A program made the position numbers and the translations under genes. Below, piece after piece: positions 29,492 to 40,197 of a stretch of DNA of 64,000 bases; the first letter of the stretch is position 1, and each line of letters begins with the position of its first letter. The DNA comes from Patescibacteria group bacterium (GTDB taxonomy: Bacteria > Patescibacteriota > Patescibacteriia > SG8-24). Under the pieces are notes generated by a model, which saw only the letters and a list, made by a program, of their open reading frames with translations, did not search any database and was not told the origin of the DNA. The stretch is from assembly GCA_041667185.1 (NCBI GenBank), contig JBAYFM010000007.1, positions 4,296-68,295 on the forward strand, read 5' to 3'.

Positions 29492-29824
29492 ATGTCCAAT
29501 CACGAACAAGAAATGCTTGAGGTTTCGTTCGACGACAACACCTACCAGCTCGAATGCGCGCTCGCCGATACCGGCGCGGACGAACGCTACGCCGCGTCGT
29601 CGCCCGAAACCGCCGTCGCCCGCTCTGAAGCTGAGGTCATCGTCACCAAGGCGCTCAACAGACTCACGCCTCGGGAACAGAGCATCATCGTCAAGCGCTT
29701 CTGGGGCGACCTGGACCAGCGCGAGATCTCCAAGATCTACGGCATGACGTACGCAAACATCGACAAGATCGAAGCCCAGGCGTTCGACAAACTCCGTCAG
29801 CATCTTTCGAGAGACCTCTTCTGA
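29492..29824 (+). CDS. Sigma70 region-4-only protein, copy 3 (truncated paralogue)
   Basis: Shares LADT..SPETAVARSE..LTPREQ..IEAQAFDKLR with copies 1-2; own promoter and AGGAG SD. Confidence 0.78.
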   Translation: MSNHEQEMLEVSFDDNTYQLECALADTGADERYAASSPETAVARSEAEVIVTKALNRLTPREQSIIVKRFWGDLDQREISKIYGMTYANIDKIEAQAFDKLRQHLSRDLF

Positions 29825-29929
29825 GACCAACGCGGTCGAGCCTAGCTCGGCCGCGTTTCATTTTATCTTCGCCGCTCCGTCTCCCCAGGACTCCCCAACT
29901 CCCGCGCTTCATGTTAACGTAAATTTGCT

Positions 29930-30625
29930 ATGCGCTTCGACCTTCTCACCATCTTCCCCTCGATGTTCGAGAGCTACTTCTCGGAGTCGATCATCAAACG
30001 CGCCGTCGAGCGCGGCCTTTTGGATATCCGGGCGCACGACCTGCGCCAGTGGTCCGAGGACAAACACCGCAAAGTCGACGACCGACCGTTCGGTGGCGGA
30101 CCAGGCATGGTCATGGCGGTCGGCCCTTTCTTCAAAGCGTTGAGGGCTTTAAGAGTTGGGAAGTCAGGGAGAGACGGAGATACGAAGAAACGGAACAAGA
30201 TGCGCGTCGTCCTGTTGTCCGCCAAGGGCAAAAAATTCACCCACAAAGAAGCCGTCCGGCTCGCCAAATACAAGCAGCTTATTCTGCTCTGCGGCCGCTA
30301 TGAAGGCGTGGACGAACGTGTCGCGTCCGAACTGGCCGACGAGGAAATTTCGATCGGTGACTACGTGCTCACCGGCGGCGAACTGCCAGCCATGGTCGTA
30401 GTCGACGCGGTAGCCCGCCAAGTCCCCGGCGTCTTGGGCAAAGCCGAATCCCTAGTGCAAGAATCCCACGCCGAAGAAGGCGTCACCGAATATCCGCAAT
30501 ACACCCGGCCGGAAATTTTCTCCCCGAAAAAAGGCGTGAACTGGAAAGTTCCCAAGATATTGCTCTCCGGCGACCATAAGAAGATCGCCGCGTGGCGTAC
30601 CGCGAAAAGCCGCGCCAAAAAATGA
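29930..30625 (+). CDS. trmD: tRNA (guanine-N1)-methyltransferase
   Basis: VDDRPFGGGPGMVM, CGRYEGVDER, SIGDYVLTGGE, EYPQYTRP. Confidence 0.97.
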   Translation: MRFDLLTIFPSMFESYFSESIIKRAVERGLLDIRAHDLRQWSEDKHRKVDDRPFGGGPGMVMAVGPFFKALRALRVGKSGRDGDTKKRNKMRVVLLSAKGKKFTHKEAVRLAKYKQLILLCGRYEGVDERVASELADEEISIGDYVLTGGELPAMVVVDAVARQVPGVLGKAESLVQESHAEEGVTEYPQYTRPEIFSPKKGVNWKVPKILLSGDHKKIAAWRTAKSRAKK

Positions 30626-30761
30626 CCGTAAACATGAAAAAGGCGCATCTGCGCCTTTTTTTGCTGAAATCAGCCAGGAAGCCCGGCCGACTTGCCAAGA
30701 CGCCGACGGCTAAGTAGGATGCGGCCAGAAGCAGTTCCTTGCCAAAACAAAGGAGCGAATC

Positions 30762-31502
30762 ATGACGGACCGCGCCGTTCGAATCGACCTTGCCACTGAC
30801 GCCATCGTGAACATCGACCTCCAGCCGACTTTCATGCCCGGCGGCGGACTGCCGGTTGCCGGCGGCGACGAGATCATCCCGCTCGTCCAACGCCTCAACC
30901 TGCTGTTCCCGCCCAGACAGCGCTACGCGACCCTCGACAAGCATCCGCGAGGCCACATCTCGCTCGCCAGTTCGTACAAAGGCCTGGCTCCATATTCCCA
31001 GCTCACAGCCGCCGAGGTCGCGAGCTGGACGGCAGCCGATAATCGGTTCGCCGCCGGCGCCCACTTCCGTCTCCCCGATCTGCAGAGCTATCTGGCTCAG
31101 GTCAAAACCCAGACGCTCTGGCCGGACCACGGCCTCATCGGCACGCCTGAGTCCGAACTGCATCCCGACCTGGTCCGCCGCGACTACCGGTTCGTCCTGA
31201 TCAAAGGGACCAACCCGAGGTGCGACTCCTACTCCGGCCTGCGCGATAATCTGCGGCATCCGACCGGACTGGGCGAGCTGCTGCACGTGGACGGAGTGAA
31301 GCGTATTTTCCTCACCGGCCTGGCCCTCGACTTCTGCGTCGGCTTCACCGCTCTCGACGCCCGGGACTACGGCTTCGAGGTCTTCGTCATCGAGGACGCC
31401 ACGCGCGCGGTCGCGCTGCCGGGCACCGTCGAGGCCATGAGAGCGGCTTTTCTCAAAGCCGGCGTCCGGCTCATCCAGTCGGAAGACCTCATCGCTTTCT
31501 GA
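30762..31502 (+). CDS. pncA: Nicotinamidase / pyrazinamidase
   Basis: IDLQPTFMPGGGL, DKHPRGH, LWPDH, KG..DSYS, GLALDFCV. Confidence 0.9.
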   Translation: MTDRAVRIDLATDAIVNIDLQPTFMPGGGLPVAGGDEIIPLVQRLNLLFPPRQRYATLDKHPRGHISLASSYKGLAPYSQLTAAEVASWTAADNRFAAGAHFRLPDLQSYLAQVKTQTLWPDHGLIGTPESELHPDLVRRDYRFVLIKGTNPRCDSYSGLRDNLRHPTGLGELLHVDGVKRIFLTGLALDFCVGFTALDARDYGFEVFVIEDATRAVALPGTVEAMRAAFLKAGVRLIQSEDLIAF

Positions 31503-31620
31503 CCACCGCTCCATCTCTACCAGGACGGACCCTTGCCGGGACCGTCCTTTTTCTTCGACCGCTTTTCTTTTCTTTACTCGCTGCCCGCGGCCGAGTAACA
31601 TTCAGATTGAACTGGATCTT

Positions 31621-33003
31621 ATGAATAAAAAAATCGCCATCTTCGGCGGCAGCTTCAATCCCGCCGGCCGCCACCACCGCGCCGTCGCGGAAGCGCTCAG
31701 CCAGCACTTCGACGAGATCATCGTCGTGCCTTGCGGCCCGCGCCCGGACAAACCGATCGTGGTGGACATCGAACCAGTCCATCGCGCGGTCATGGCCGAC
31801 CTGGCTTTCCGCGGCCTGCCGAAGGTCCGCGTGGAACTTTTCGATCTGGAACTCGACACTTATACGCGCACCATTGACCTGGACCGGATGTTCAGCCGCG
31901 AAGGCGAGATCTGGCATGTGGTCGGCACGGACCTCGTCAAAGGCGGCCGCGCCAAAAATTCCGAGATCCACCACTGGGAACGCGGCCCGGAACTTTGGGA
32001 CAACGCCAATTTTGCCGTCATCCAGCGCGCCGGCTACGACATCGACCCGGCCGACCTGCCGCCGCACAGCCAGCTCTTCCGTTCCGAACACTCCAGTTCC
32101 AGCTCCGAGATCCGCGAACGGACCTTCAAGCGCCAGCCCATCTCCGATCTGGTCACGCCCGAGGTCGAGAGCTACATCAACCGCTACAACCTGTACCGCG
32201 GCACGACGCCGCAGCGTTCGGTCAGCCTGAAGCTCGACCCGCGCGCGCTCATCGTCGCCGACGACCGCAATCCGGTGGCGGTCGAACTCGCGACCTCCCT
32301 CCAGCGCCTCGAAGACGCGGCAAATCCCAACTGCATCATCGTGATCGGCGGCGACGGCACCATGATCCGCGCCATCCGCCGACACTGGCGCTTGCGGCTC
32401 CCGTTCATCGGACTGAACGCCGGCCACCGCGGTCACCTGCTGAACGACCTCGACAAGAACGGCGTCCCCGACGTCCTGGAATCGGAGAAACACGTCCACC
32501 AGCTGCCGCTCCTCTACTCCGAGGTCTTCGACGCGGACGGTGCGCTCGCCGACAGCAGCTACGCCGTGAACGACACCTGGGTCGAACGCGCGAGCGGCCA
32601 AGCGGCCTGGATCCAGGTCAAAGTGAACAACGAGATCAAGATCCCGAAACTCGTCGCTGATGGCGCGCTCGTCGCCACGGCTTCCGGCTCGACAGCCTAC
32701 GCCAAAGCCATGGGCGGCAAGCCGCTGCTCGTCGGCGCGCAGGAGATCACACTCGTCGGCTCGAACGTGACCGCGCCTTTCGGTTTCAAATCCGCCTCGC
32801 TGCCGCTCGACGCCGCGGTCGAATTCGAATCCCTGAATCCGCAGAAACGTCCGATCCGCGCCTTCGTCGACGGCCTGGAAAAAGGCGTCGTCTCCCGGGT
32901 GAAGACCCGCGTCAGCCGCATCGCTGCGGTCGAAGTGGCTTTCTCCCCCAAACGCGACATGGCCGCCAAATTGGCCGATTTCTTCTTCACCTCGGCCAGC
33001 TGA
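31621..33003 (+). CDS. Fused nicotinate-nucleotide adenylyltransferase (NadD-like) and NAD kinase (NadK-like)
   Basis: N-terminal IFGGSFNP, VVGTD, SSSEIRER, YINRYNLY; C-terminal GGDGT, AVND, ADGALVAT.SGSTAY. Confidence 0.88.
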   Translation: MNKKIAIFGGSFNPAGRHHRAVAEALSQHFDEIIVVPCGPRPDKPIVVDIEPVHRAVMADLAFRGLPKVRVELFDLELDTYTRTIDLDRMFSREGEIWHVVGTDLVKGGRAKNSEIHHWERGPELWDNANFAVIQRAGYDIDPADLPPHSQLFRSEHSSSSSEIRERTFKRQPISDLVTPEVESYINRYNLYRGTTPQRSVSLKLDPRALIVADDRNPVAVELATSLQRLEDAANPNCIIVIGGDGTMIRAIRRHWRLRLPFIGLNAGHRGHLLNDLDKNGVPDVLESEKHVHQLPLLYSEVFDADGALADSSYAVNDTWVERASGQAAWIQVKVNNEIKIPKLVADGALVATASGSTAYAKAMGGKPLLVGAQEITLVGSNVTAPFGFKSASLPLDAAVEFESLNPQKRPIRAFVDGLEKGVVSRVKTRVSRIAAVEVAFSPKRDMAAKLADFFFTSAS

Positions 33004-33101
33004 CGACGATAGCCGGCCGGCAGCGCTTGACAAAAGCGCTGATTTTTATTTAATTTAAGCCGTTCTTTGACAACGCATCCGCACCAGCATAGGAGGCCGC
33101 G

Positions 33102-34355
33102 ATGATCATCAAATCGCTACTCGATCTCGACTACTACAAACTGACCATGGCCCAGGTGGCCTGGCGGCATTTCTTTCATCGCGTTCCGGTGACCTACAGT
33201 TTCACCAACCGGACCCAAAAAGTCCGCTTGGCGGACCACATCGCCGAAGCCGACCTGCGGCGCGAACTCGACGCCGCGCGCGAACTGCGGTTCACGCCCA
33301 AAGAGCTCGGCTATCTCTCCAGACTCGGACCTTTCCAGCCGGACTTCCTCCAATTCCTGCGTACGTTCACATTGCCGCCCTACGACCTCGCGTTAACGGA
33401 CGGGCAATTCCGGATCGAGGTTTCCGGACCCTGGCACGAGGCCATCTTCTGGGAGACACTGATCCTCTCGATCGTGAACGAGCTGTACTACGCCAGCCTG
33501 ACCACCGGTCCTGACGCGACGAGCGGTCGCAGTCGGCTGTGCCTCGCGCATCTTGAAGGATGGCGTCGACTGGACGAAAAGATCCGGCGTCTCGAACAGC
33601 ATCCGGACATCCGTTTCATCGAGTTCGGCACGCGCCGCCGCTTCAGCCGCGCCTGGCAGGAAATGGCCGCGGTCAAACTCGCCACGCGCATCCCGCAGCA
33701 GATGATCGGCACCTCGAACGTGGACCTGGCCCGCCGTCTCGGCCTCCAGCCGATCGGCACCTTCGCCCACGAGATGTTCATGGTCTTCTCCGGCATCTAC
33801 CGCGGCGCGGGATACTCCGGCTTCTTCGCGGATGAAGACGAGGCCATCCGCTCGTCGCACAATGCCGTCCTGCAATGCTGGTGGCGCAACTACGGCGAGG
33901 CGCTCTCGATCGCGCTGACCGACACGTTCGGCACCGGTTTCTTCTTCCGCGATTTCACTCCCGAACAGGCAGCCAAGTGGCGCGGCCTGCGGCAGGACTC
34001 CGGCGACCCCTTCGTCTTCGGTGAAACCGCGATCGAGTTCTATCGGAACCTGGGGATCGACCCCCGGACCAAGACGATCGTCTTCAGCGACGGACTGGAT
34101 CTCGATCTGATCGAGTCGCTGCAAGCGGTCTTCGGCAGCCGCATCAAGACCGCCTTCGGTTGGGGTACGAACCTCACGAACGATTGCGGCCCCGATCCAC
34201 TCTCGCTCGTGGTCAAAGTGACTGGCGTGAACGGCTACCCGACCGTGAAACTCTCGGACAACCTCGCCAAGGCGATGGGGCCATCCGACGAAGTCGAACA
34301 TTTCAAACGGATCTTCGGTTACGAAGGCGGCACCAACGAAGAATGTCGCTACTGA
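33102..34355 (+). CDS. pncB: Nicotinate phosphoribosyltransferase
   Basis: LDLDYYKLTM, EFGTRRR, GTSNV, GTFAHE, RQDSGDP, FSDGLD, KLSDN. Confidence 0.95.
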   Translation: MIIKSLLDLDYYKLTMAQVAWRHFFHRVPVTYSFTNRTQKVRLADHIAEADLRRELDAARELRFTPKELGYLSRLGPFQPDFLQFLRTFTLPPYDLALTDGQFRIEVSGPWHEAIFWETLILSIVNELYYASLTTGPDATSGRSRLCLAHLEGWRRLDEKIRRLEQHPDIRFIEFGTRRRFSRAWQEMAAVKLATRIPQQMIGTSNVDLARRLGLQPIGTFAHEMFMVFSGIYRGAGYSGFFADEDEAIRSSHNAVLQCWWRNYGEALSIALTDTFGTGFFFRDFTPEQAAKWRGLRQDSGDPFVFGETAIEFYRNLGIDPRTKTIVFSDGLDLDLIESLQAVFGSRIKTAFGWGTNLTNDCGPDPLSLVVKVTGVNGYPTVKLSDNLAKAMGPSDEVEHFKRIFGYEGGTNEECRY

Positions 34356-34508
34356 CATCTTCTCTCCCGACCCACCAGAGGCGCGCACCCCGCGCCTCTT
34401 TTTTTTACTCCGCCACGTCGCTCGCAAACGAAGTGACGGAGTCAGGGAGATACGGAGACGGAGTTTGGGAGAGTGCAGGAGTGGAGGAGTCGGGGAGACC
34501 CGACGCAA

Positions 34509-34585
34509 ACTCCCGCACTTCAGCACTCCCGCACTTCAGCACTCCCGCACTTCAGCACTCCCGCACTTCAGCACTCCCGCACTTC
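34509..34585. repeat. Tandem 16-mer (ACTCCCGCACTTCAGC) x ~4.8
   Basis: Read directly; built from the 8-mer family also at 44572-44611 (AGCACTCC x5). Confidence 0.9.
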
Positions 34586-34647
34586 CGCCCCTAATGCCGC
34601 CAAAAAATTTATCACCAGTTAATCCCCACAACCACCTTGCATATCCC

Positions 34648-34819
34648 TTGACATGTTTCGCCTCTTACCCTATACTCCTCCCAGAGCATTCGAACCCCTC
34701 AAAAAGAGGTCAACGAAGCGCTCTCTTTATTTCTGCCACGCAGGCCCTTGACGCATATCGCGACTTGGCCTAAAATGCGCAGCACCGGTCAAGAGAGACC
34801 GGACAGAGAACTTTGACAA
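34648..34819 (+). promoter_or_regulatory. Tandem rRNA promoters and boxA-like leader
   Basis: TTGACA-N17-TATACT (34648-34676), TTGACG..TAAAAT (34748-34775), GAACTTTGACAA (34808-34819). Confidence 0.75.
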
Positions 34820-34950
34820 TCTGAACGAGATAGCAAACTCGTCGCGAATAGCGACGGGTGAGGAACCTAACGTCTATTTAGTTGAGTTTTCGGGAACCGT
34901 AAGGTTACGGAAGCTATGGAAGGCATAGTACCTGCCAGGTCTATGATCTT

Positions 34951-36456
<1,506 letters not shown>

Positions 36457-36618
36457 TAGGGAGACACTTCGTCGAGGAGAGCATATGCCTCCTTGACGAC
36501 AGAACATCGCGTTGTACAAACGCGGTGCTCCTAGGTCGTTCGCTTGGCAAGTTTACTTGCTGGGCGCCAATCTCAGACGTTAGATTCCTCTGCTATCTCG
36601 TTCAGATCGCCAAAGCGA

Positions 36619-36645
36619 AAAAGTCCCGTCATGCGGGGCTTTTTT
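36619..36645 (+). terminator. Terminator closing the 16S unit
   Basis: AAAAAGTCCCG-TCATG-CGGGGCTTTTTT. Confidence 0.75.
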
Positions 36646-36792
36646 CGTTCCCGCAACCTGTCCTCCGTAGCCCGTAGGCGAAGGAGGAAAGCGGTGATCC
36701 ATGATCGTACACCCGACCGCGAGGCGGGATTTCAGCACAACGACAGCGGCTCGGCGACAATAAAAAACCTCCGCAGGCGCGGAGGCTCAAGA

Positions 36793-37221
36793 CTACTTGT
36801 AGTTCACGGTGATGAGGCGGGAGTCGGACAAACGATCCTTGAGCCGCACGGTGCAGCCAGAATCCCGAAGCCAATAGGCCACGGCCTGGACAATCGCATC
36901 CGACGGACATCGGCCAAGAACGGACAGGTACAACCTGGCGTCGCGGCGGCCGTAGCGGGTGGCGCTCACGCACAGGGCATAAAGCGCGTCGTACCAGAGC
37001 AGGATCGCCTGATCGAGGCGGCTGATCTTTTTGCGTCTGATGCTGGTCTTCCTGATCTCGAGTCTGAAGCCTGGCATCCGAGACGCCATCTGATCGCGGT
37101 TCAACTCGGCGAGCAGGCCCAGCAGAACGGTCAGGGATTTCTTCTCCGCCTGCTCAAACAACATATCCATCAATTCGAGATCTTCTATCCTAAAAGTCTC
37201 GACAGGTCTTTTGTCGGCCAT
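36793..37221 (-). CDS. Hypothetical basic protein (142 aa)
   Basis: Promoter TTGACT, GATCTTTGGAAA motif, AAGGAGG SD. Confidence 0.7.
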   Translation of the reverse strand: MADKRPVETFRIEDLELMDMLFEQAEKKSLTVLLGLLAELNRDQMASRMPGFRLEIRKTSIRRKKISRLDQAILLWYDALYALCVSATRYGRRDARLYLSVLGRCPSDAIVQAVAYWLRDSGCTVRLKDRLSDSRLITVNYK

Positions 37222-37331
37222 CTGAACCTCCTTATTTCCAAAGATCTGCCGCCATCTCAACACGGACCAGGCCGACAGTCAAGCGCGCTGACCGATAAAA
37301 AAGCCGTCCCTGACAAGAGACGGCGGCGGTT

Positions 37332-37583
37332 TCAGCGTCCGATGGCGACGCCGATGCGATAATGGCTGCGTTCGATGTTCTCTTCATACCGGGCGTTGAA
37401 ACCTTCCTGCCGCAGACGGGCAGCCGCCGCGGCATAAGCCTTCTTGGTGAGCGACAGGTCGCCGGCATCGGAACGGACGATGACCTCGTGACAGATCCGG
37501 CCGTGCCAGCTCCGCCACCCCGAACCGCCAGGAAAACTTTTCAAGAGGTTATCGACCCGGCGCTGAAGTTCAGACCTGGGCAT
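37332..37583 (-). CDS. Small hypothetical protein (83 aa)
   Basis: AAGGGG SD, overlaps the end of the upstream ORF. Confidence 0.55.
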   Translation of the reverse strand: MPRSELQRRVDNLLKSFPGGSGWRSWHGRICHEVIVRSDAGDLSLTKKAYAAAAARLRQEGFNARYEENIERSHYRIGVAIGR

Positions 37584-38304
37584 GGCCGCACCCCTTATTG
37601 ATCGCGGCCCGGGGATACCGAGCGGCGAGAAAGATGCGGCCGGCTTCGAACGAGGGTGTCGACAGACCCGACAGGCGCTCGAGTCCGATCTCGAAACCAC
37701 TGCCGTCAGCGAGCCTTTGGATGACCGGACAAGCGATCTGATCGGCCGCGGCGTCGGCGGCACTCGCGGCGCTGATCGTGGCGAGCGTGCCCGTGGCCAT
37801 CAACCGATCCGGCAAGTCGTCCGCGTGCTCGGCGGCGAAAGCGACGAGCTGCGTCAGACTCGCGGGAACGAGTTCTTTGGCTAGCAGCATCTTCTCCACG
37901 TCGTGAAAACTCGTCTCCAGGTCGAAACGCAGCAACTTGAGACGCACGACCGATCCGGATTCCGAACCGGCCGCCATCGTCCATGATCCGCTGGCCAAAA
38001 GCTCGGCGGAACACCTGAGTTCCGGGGTAAGCAGCGATTCGAGGGCCAGGCCATCGATAGCTCTTACGGAATACTGCCGCAGACGCTCGCACACCCGGCT
38101 CCAGTCGGCCATCGCGGATGTTTCGTTTGGCGGCTGGATCGGCACGAACTCCTTCAGACACTGTTCCAGCCGGCCATCCATGACCGCGCGGATCAGGTGA
38201 AAATTGTCATGCAGCCGTCGGATCTGCTCGACGTTCGCGATGCCCAGCATCTGGCTAAAACGCTGCGAAACCCTCTCGATCAGGGCCCAATCGACGTTGG
38301 TCAT
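37570..38304 (-). CDS. Hypothetical protein (244 aa)
   Basis: Promoter TTGACT..TAGTTT, GTTCTTTTATAG motif, GAGGAG SD. Confidence 0.7.
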   Translation of the reverse strand: MTNVDWALIERVSQRFSQMLGIANVEQIRRLHDNFHLIRAVMDGRLEQCLKEFVPIQPPNETSAMADWSRVCERLRQYSVRAIDGLALESLLTPELRCSAELLASGSWTMAAGSESGSVVRLKLLRFDLETSFHDVEKMLLAKELVPASLTQLVAFAAEHADDLPDRLMATGTLATISAASAADAAADQIACPVIQRLADGSGFEIGLERLSGLSTPSFEAGRIFLAARYPRAAINKGCGHAQV

Positions 38305-38481
38305 GGGTAAAACTCCTCGCTTTCGTGACGTCAGCTATAAAAGAACGCCCGCTCAAACTAGCAGTATTCAGCCTAAAAGTCAAGGTGGCGGACGGCTGAA
38401 ATAAGGTCGACCCCGCCTTGCCAAACTCCGGACTTCTTGCTATATTTTTCCCGCATCGTTAAGATGTTTTTGCGTTATTTT

Positions 38482-38551
38482 GGGCGTATAGCTTCCCCTT
38501 TCGCCCCTCGGGAGGCTGCGGAGGTAGGCAGTTGATCAGAGCGCCGCACTG
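38482..38551 (+). pseudogene. Degenerate 5' half of tRNA-Ile interrupted by a REP-like hairpin
   Basis: GGGCGTATAGCT + ~35-nt insert + CAGTTGATCAGAGCGCCGCACTGA, compared with the intact tRNA at 38604. Confidence 0.6.
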
Positions 38552-38603
38552 ACCCAGTACAGAATCGGCAGTTCATTATAATCTCTCTGGTGGGCGTTCT
38601 CAT

Positions 38604-38680
38604 GGGCGTATAGCTCAGTTGGTTAGAGCGTCACACTGATAATGTGAAGGTCGATGGTTCGAATCCATCTACGCCCACCA
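38604..38680 (+). tRNA. tRNA-Ile(GAT)
   Basis: Cloverleaf, anticodon loop CTGATAA, GGTTCGAATCC, CCA. Confidence 0.96.
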
Positions 38681-38798
38681 GAGAGATTAAAATGTTTGCC
38701 GATTATTGCGAGGCAAGCGCGGAAACCGCAGGTTGGCAAGCCGCCTGTTCAAAGGCTTACGCGACCATAATTTCTCGAGAGCGTGTCGGTCCAAAATT

Positions 38799-39332
38799 AT
38801 GCCCATCACTGAACTGGACGTTGTGATTCGTCTGGTCGTCATCACGGCCATTTCCGGATTCATCGGCCTGGAACGCGAGTATCACGCCAAGCCGGCCGGA
38901 CTCCGCACCAACATCATGGTGGGTCTTGGTTCGACCGTCATGACAATTGCCGGCCTCAGAGCCGTTGATCTGTTCGTCAACGCTCCCGTCGACCCGACCC
39001 GTATCGCCGGCCAGGTCATCACTGGCATCGGCTTCATCGGCGCTGGAGCGATCCTCCGACCGTCCGGCCGCGGTGTCAGCAATGTCGTCGGCCTCACGAC
39101 CGCCGCGACCTTGTGGGTGGTGAGTGGACTAGGCATTGCTGTGGGTATGGGTCTGTATTTAGAAGCCCTGCTCGCAACCCTCCTGGTTTTCTTCACTTTC
39201 TTCGTCCTGGGCAGAATGGTCACTTACATCCGCCGGCATTCCAAGAACTACCCGACGGACATCAAGGCTCACGAAGAGGCGGATGAAAAGACGAACCATG
39301 ACAATGAGGATCCATCAGGACGGGAATCATGA
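38799..39332 (+). CDS. MgtC/SapB family membrane protein
   Basis: IGLERE..KPAGLRT, DPTRIAGQVITGIGFIGAG, GLTTAATLW. Confidence 0.93.
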   Translation: MPITELDVVIRLVVITAISGFIGLEREYHAKPAGLRTNIMVGLGSTVMTIAGLRAVDLFVNAPVDPTRIAGQVITGIGFIGAGAILRPSGRGVSNVVGLTTAATLWVVSGLGIAVGMGLYLEALLATLLVFFTFFVLGRMVTYIRRHSKNYPTDIKAHEEADEKTNHDNEDPSGRES

Positions 39333-39362
39333 GACAGCGGAAGTAAATCGGTTTTCCGTGAC

Positions 39363-39437
39363 GCCGAGGTAGCTCAGTGGTAGAGCAGAGGACTGAAAAT
39401 CCTCGTGTCGCCAGTTCAATCCTGGCCCTCGGCACCA
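39363..39437 (+). tRNA. tRNA-Phe(GAA)
   Basis: Cloverleaf, loop CTGAAAA, CCA; flanked by an inverted repeat. Confidence 0.96.
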
Positions 39438-39470
39438 CGGAAAGCCGATTTTTTGATAAGATGACGTCAT

Positions 39471-39546
39471 CGGGGCGTGGCCTAATGGCTAAGGCACTTG
39501 CTTTGGGAGCAAGGGATTGAGAGTTCGAGTCTCTCCGCCCCGACCA
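39471..39546 (+). tRNA. tRNA-Pro(TGG)
   Basis: CGGGGCG acceptor, loop TTTGGGA, CCA. Confidence 0.95.
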
Positions 39547-39573
39547 AATTTCATATGAATATCGGTTTCATCT

Positions 39574-39649
<76 letters not shown>

Positions 39650-39691
39650 CTGAAAACGCTCCGCCACAGGCGGAGCTTTTTCAATACCAAA

Positions 39692-39911
39692 CGGGTGATG
39701 GGAATCGAAGGGTATCCGAGGACGTGCCTAGTATGGCACGTCCGAGGAACCGGGGTGCGGCGCAAGCTGGCGTCGCGCCGCACGGGCGGGACGCACCCGC
39801 CCAGGGTTTCGCGAGTGATTCCGATTAAATACGAGCGAAACCGAAGGAGGCGGCGCACATGAGAACTTTTCCAGCGCCGCCGGGTGAGCCGGATTCCCAT
39901 CACCCGCTCCA
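39692..39911 (+). ncRNA. Candidate structured RNA closed by inverted and direct copies of the tRNA-Gly 3' end, ending in CCA
   Basis: CGGGTGATGGGAATC pairs with GATTCCCATCACCCG-CTCCA; at least five internal hairpins; terminator follows. Confidence 0.5.
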
Positions 39912-39942
39912 CAAAAAATCCTCACCCGGTGTGAGGATTTTT

Positions 39943-40197
39943 TGTAGCTCAATGGTAAGCCCGCTTGATACACCAAGGAAAAGTTATGCGTGCTTGCGGC
40001 GAGAAGTGGCGGCCTTAGCCGCGCATCCGTAATGGTCCGGCTGCGCCGGACCGACGTCGTAGAGCTCCAGGTTTCCAACCTGGCCACGTGGGGTACGCCG
40101 CGAGCCGGCGCAGCGACGCACGGGCGGCAAGGGCCGCCCAGGGTCAACCGAATCATTTCCGATCCTAGACGAGGTCGACGATTCCCATCACCCGCTC
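39943..40197 (+). pseudogene. Split copy of tRNA-Gly with ~100-nt D-loop and ~86-nt T-loop insertions
   Basis: Segments 39943-39957, 40059-40092 and 40179-40197 match tRNA-Gly exactly and in order. Confidence 0.7.

Noticed and set aside
27490-29824. Diversity-generating retroelement acting on the sigma paralogues
   Set aside because: No reverse transcriptase, and differences are not adenine-specific
34509-34585. Possible CRISPR array
   Set aside because: Head-to-tail 16-mers with no unique spacers, and no cas genes in the window
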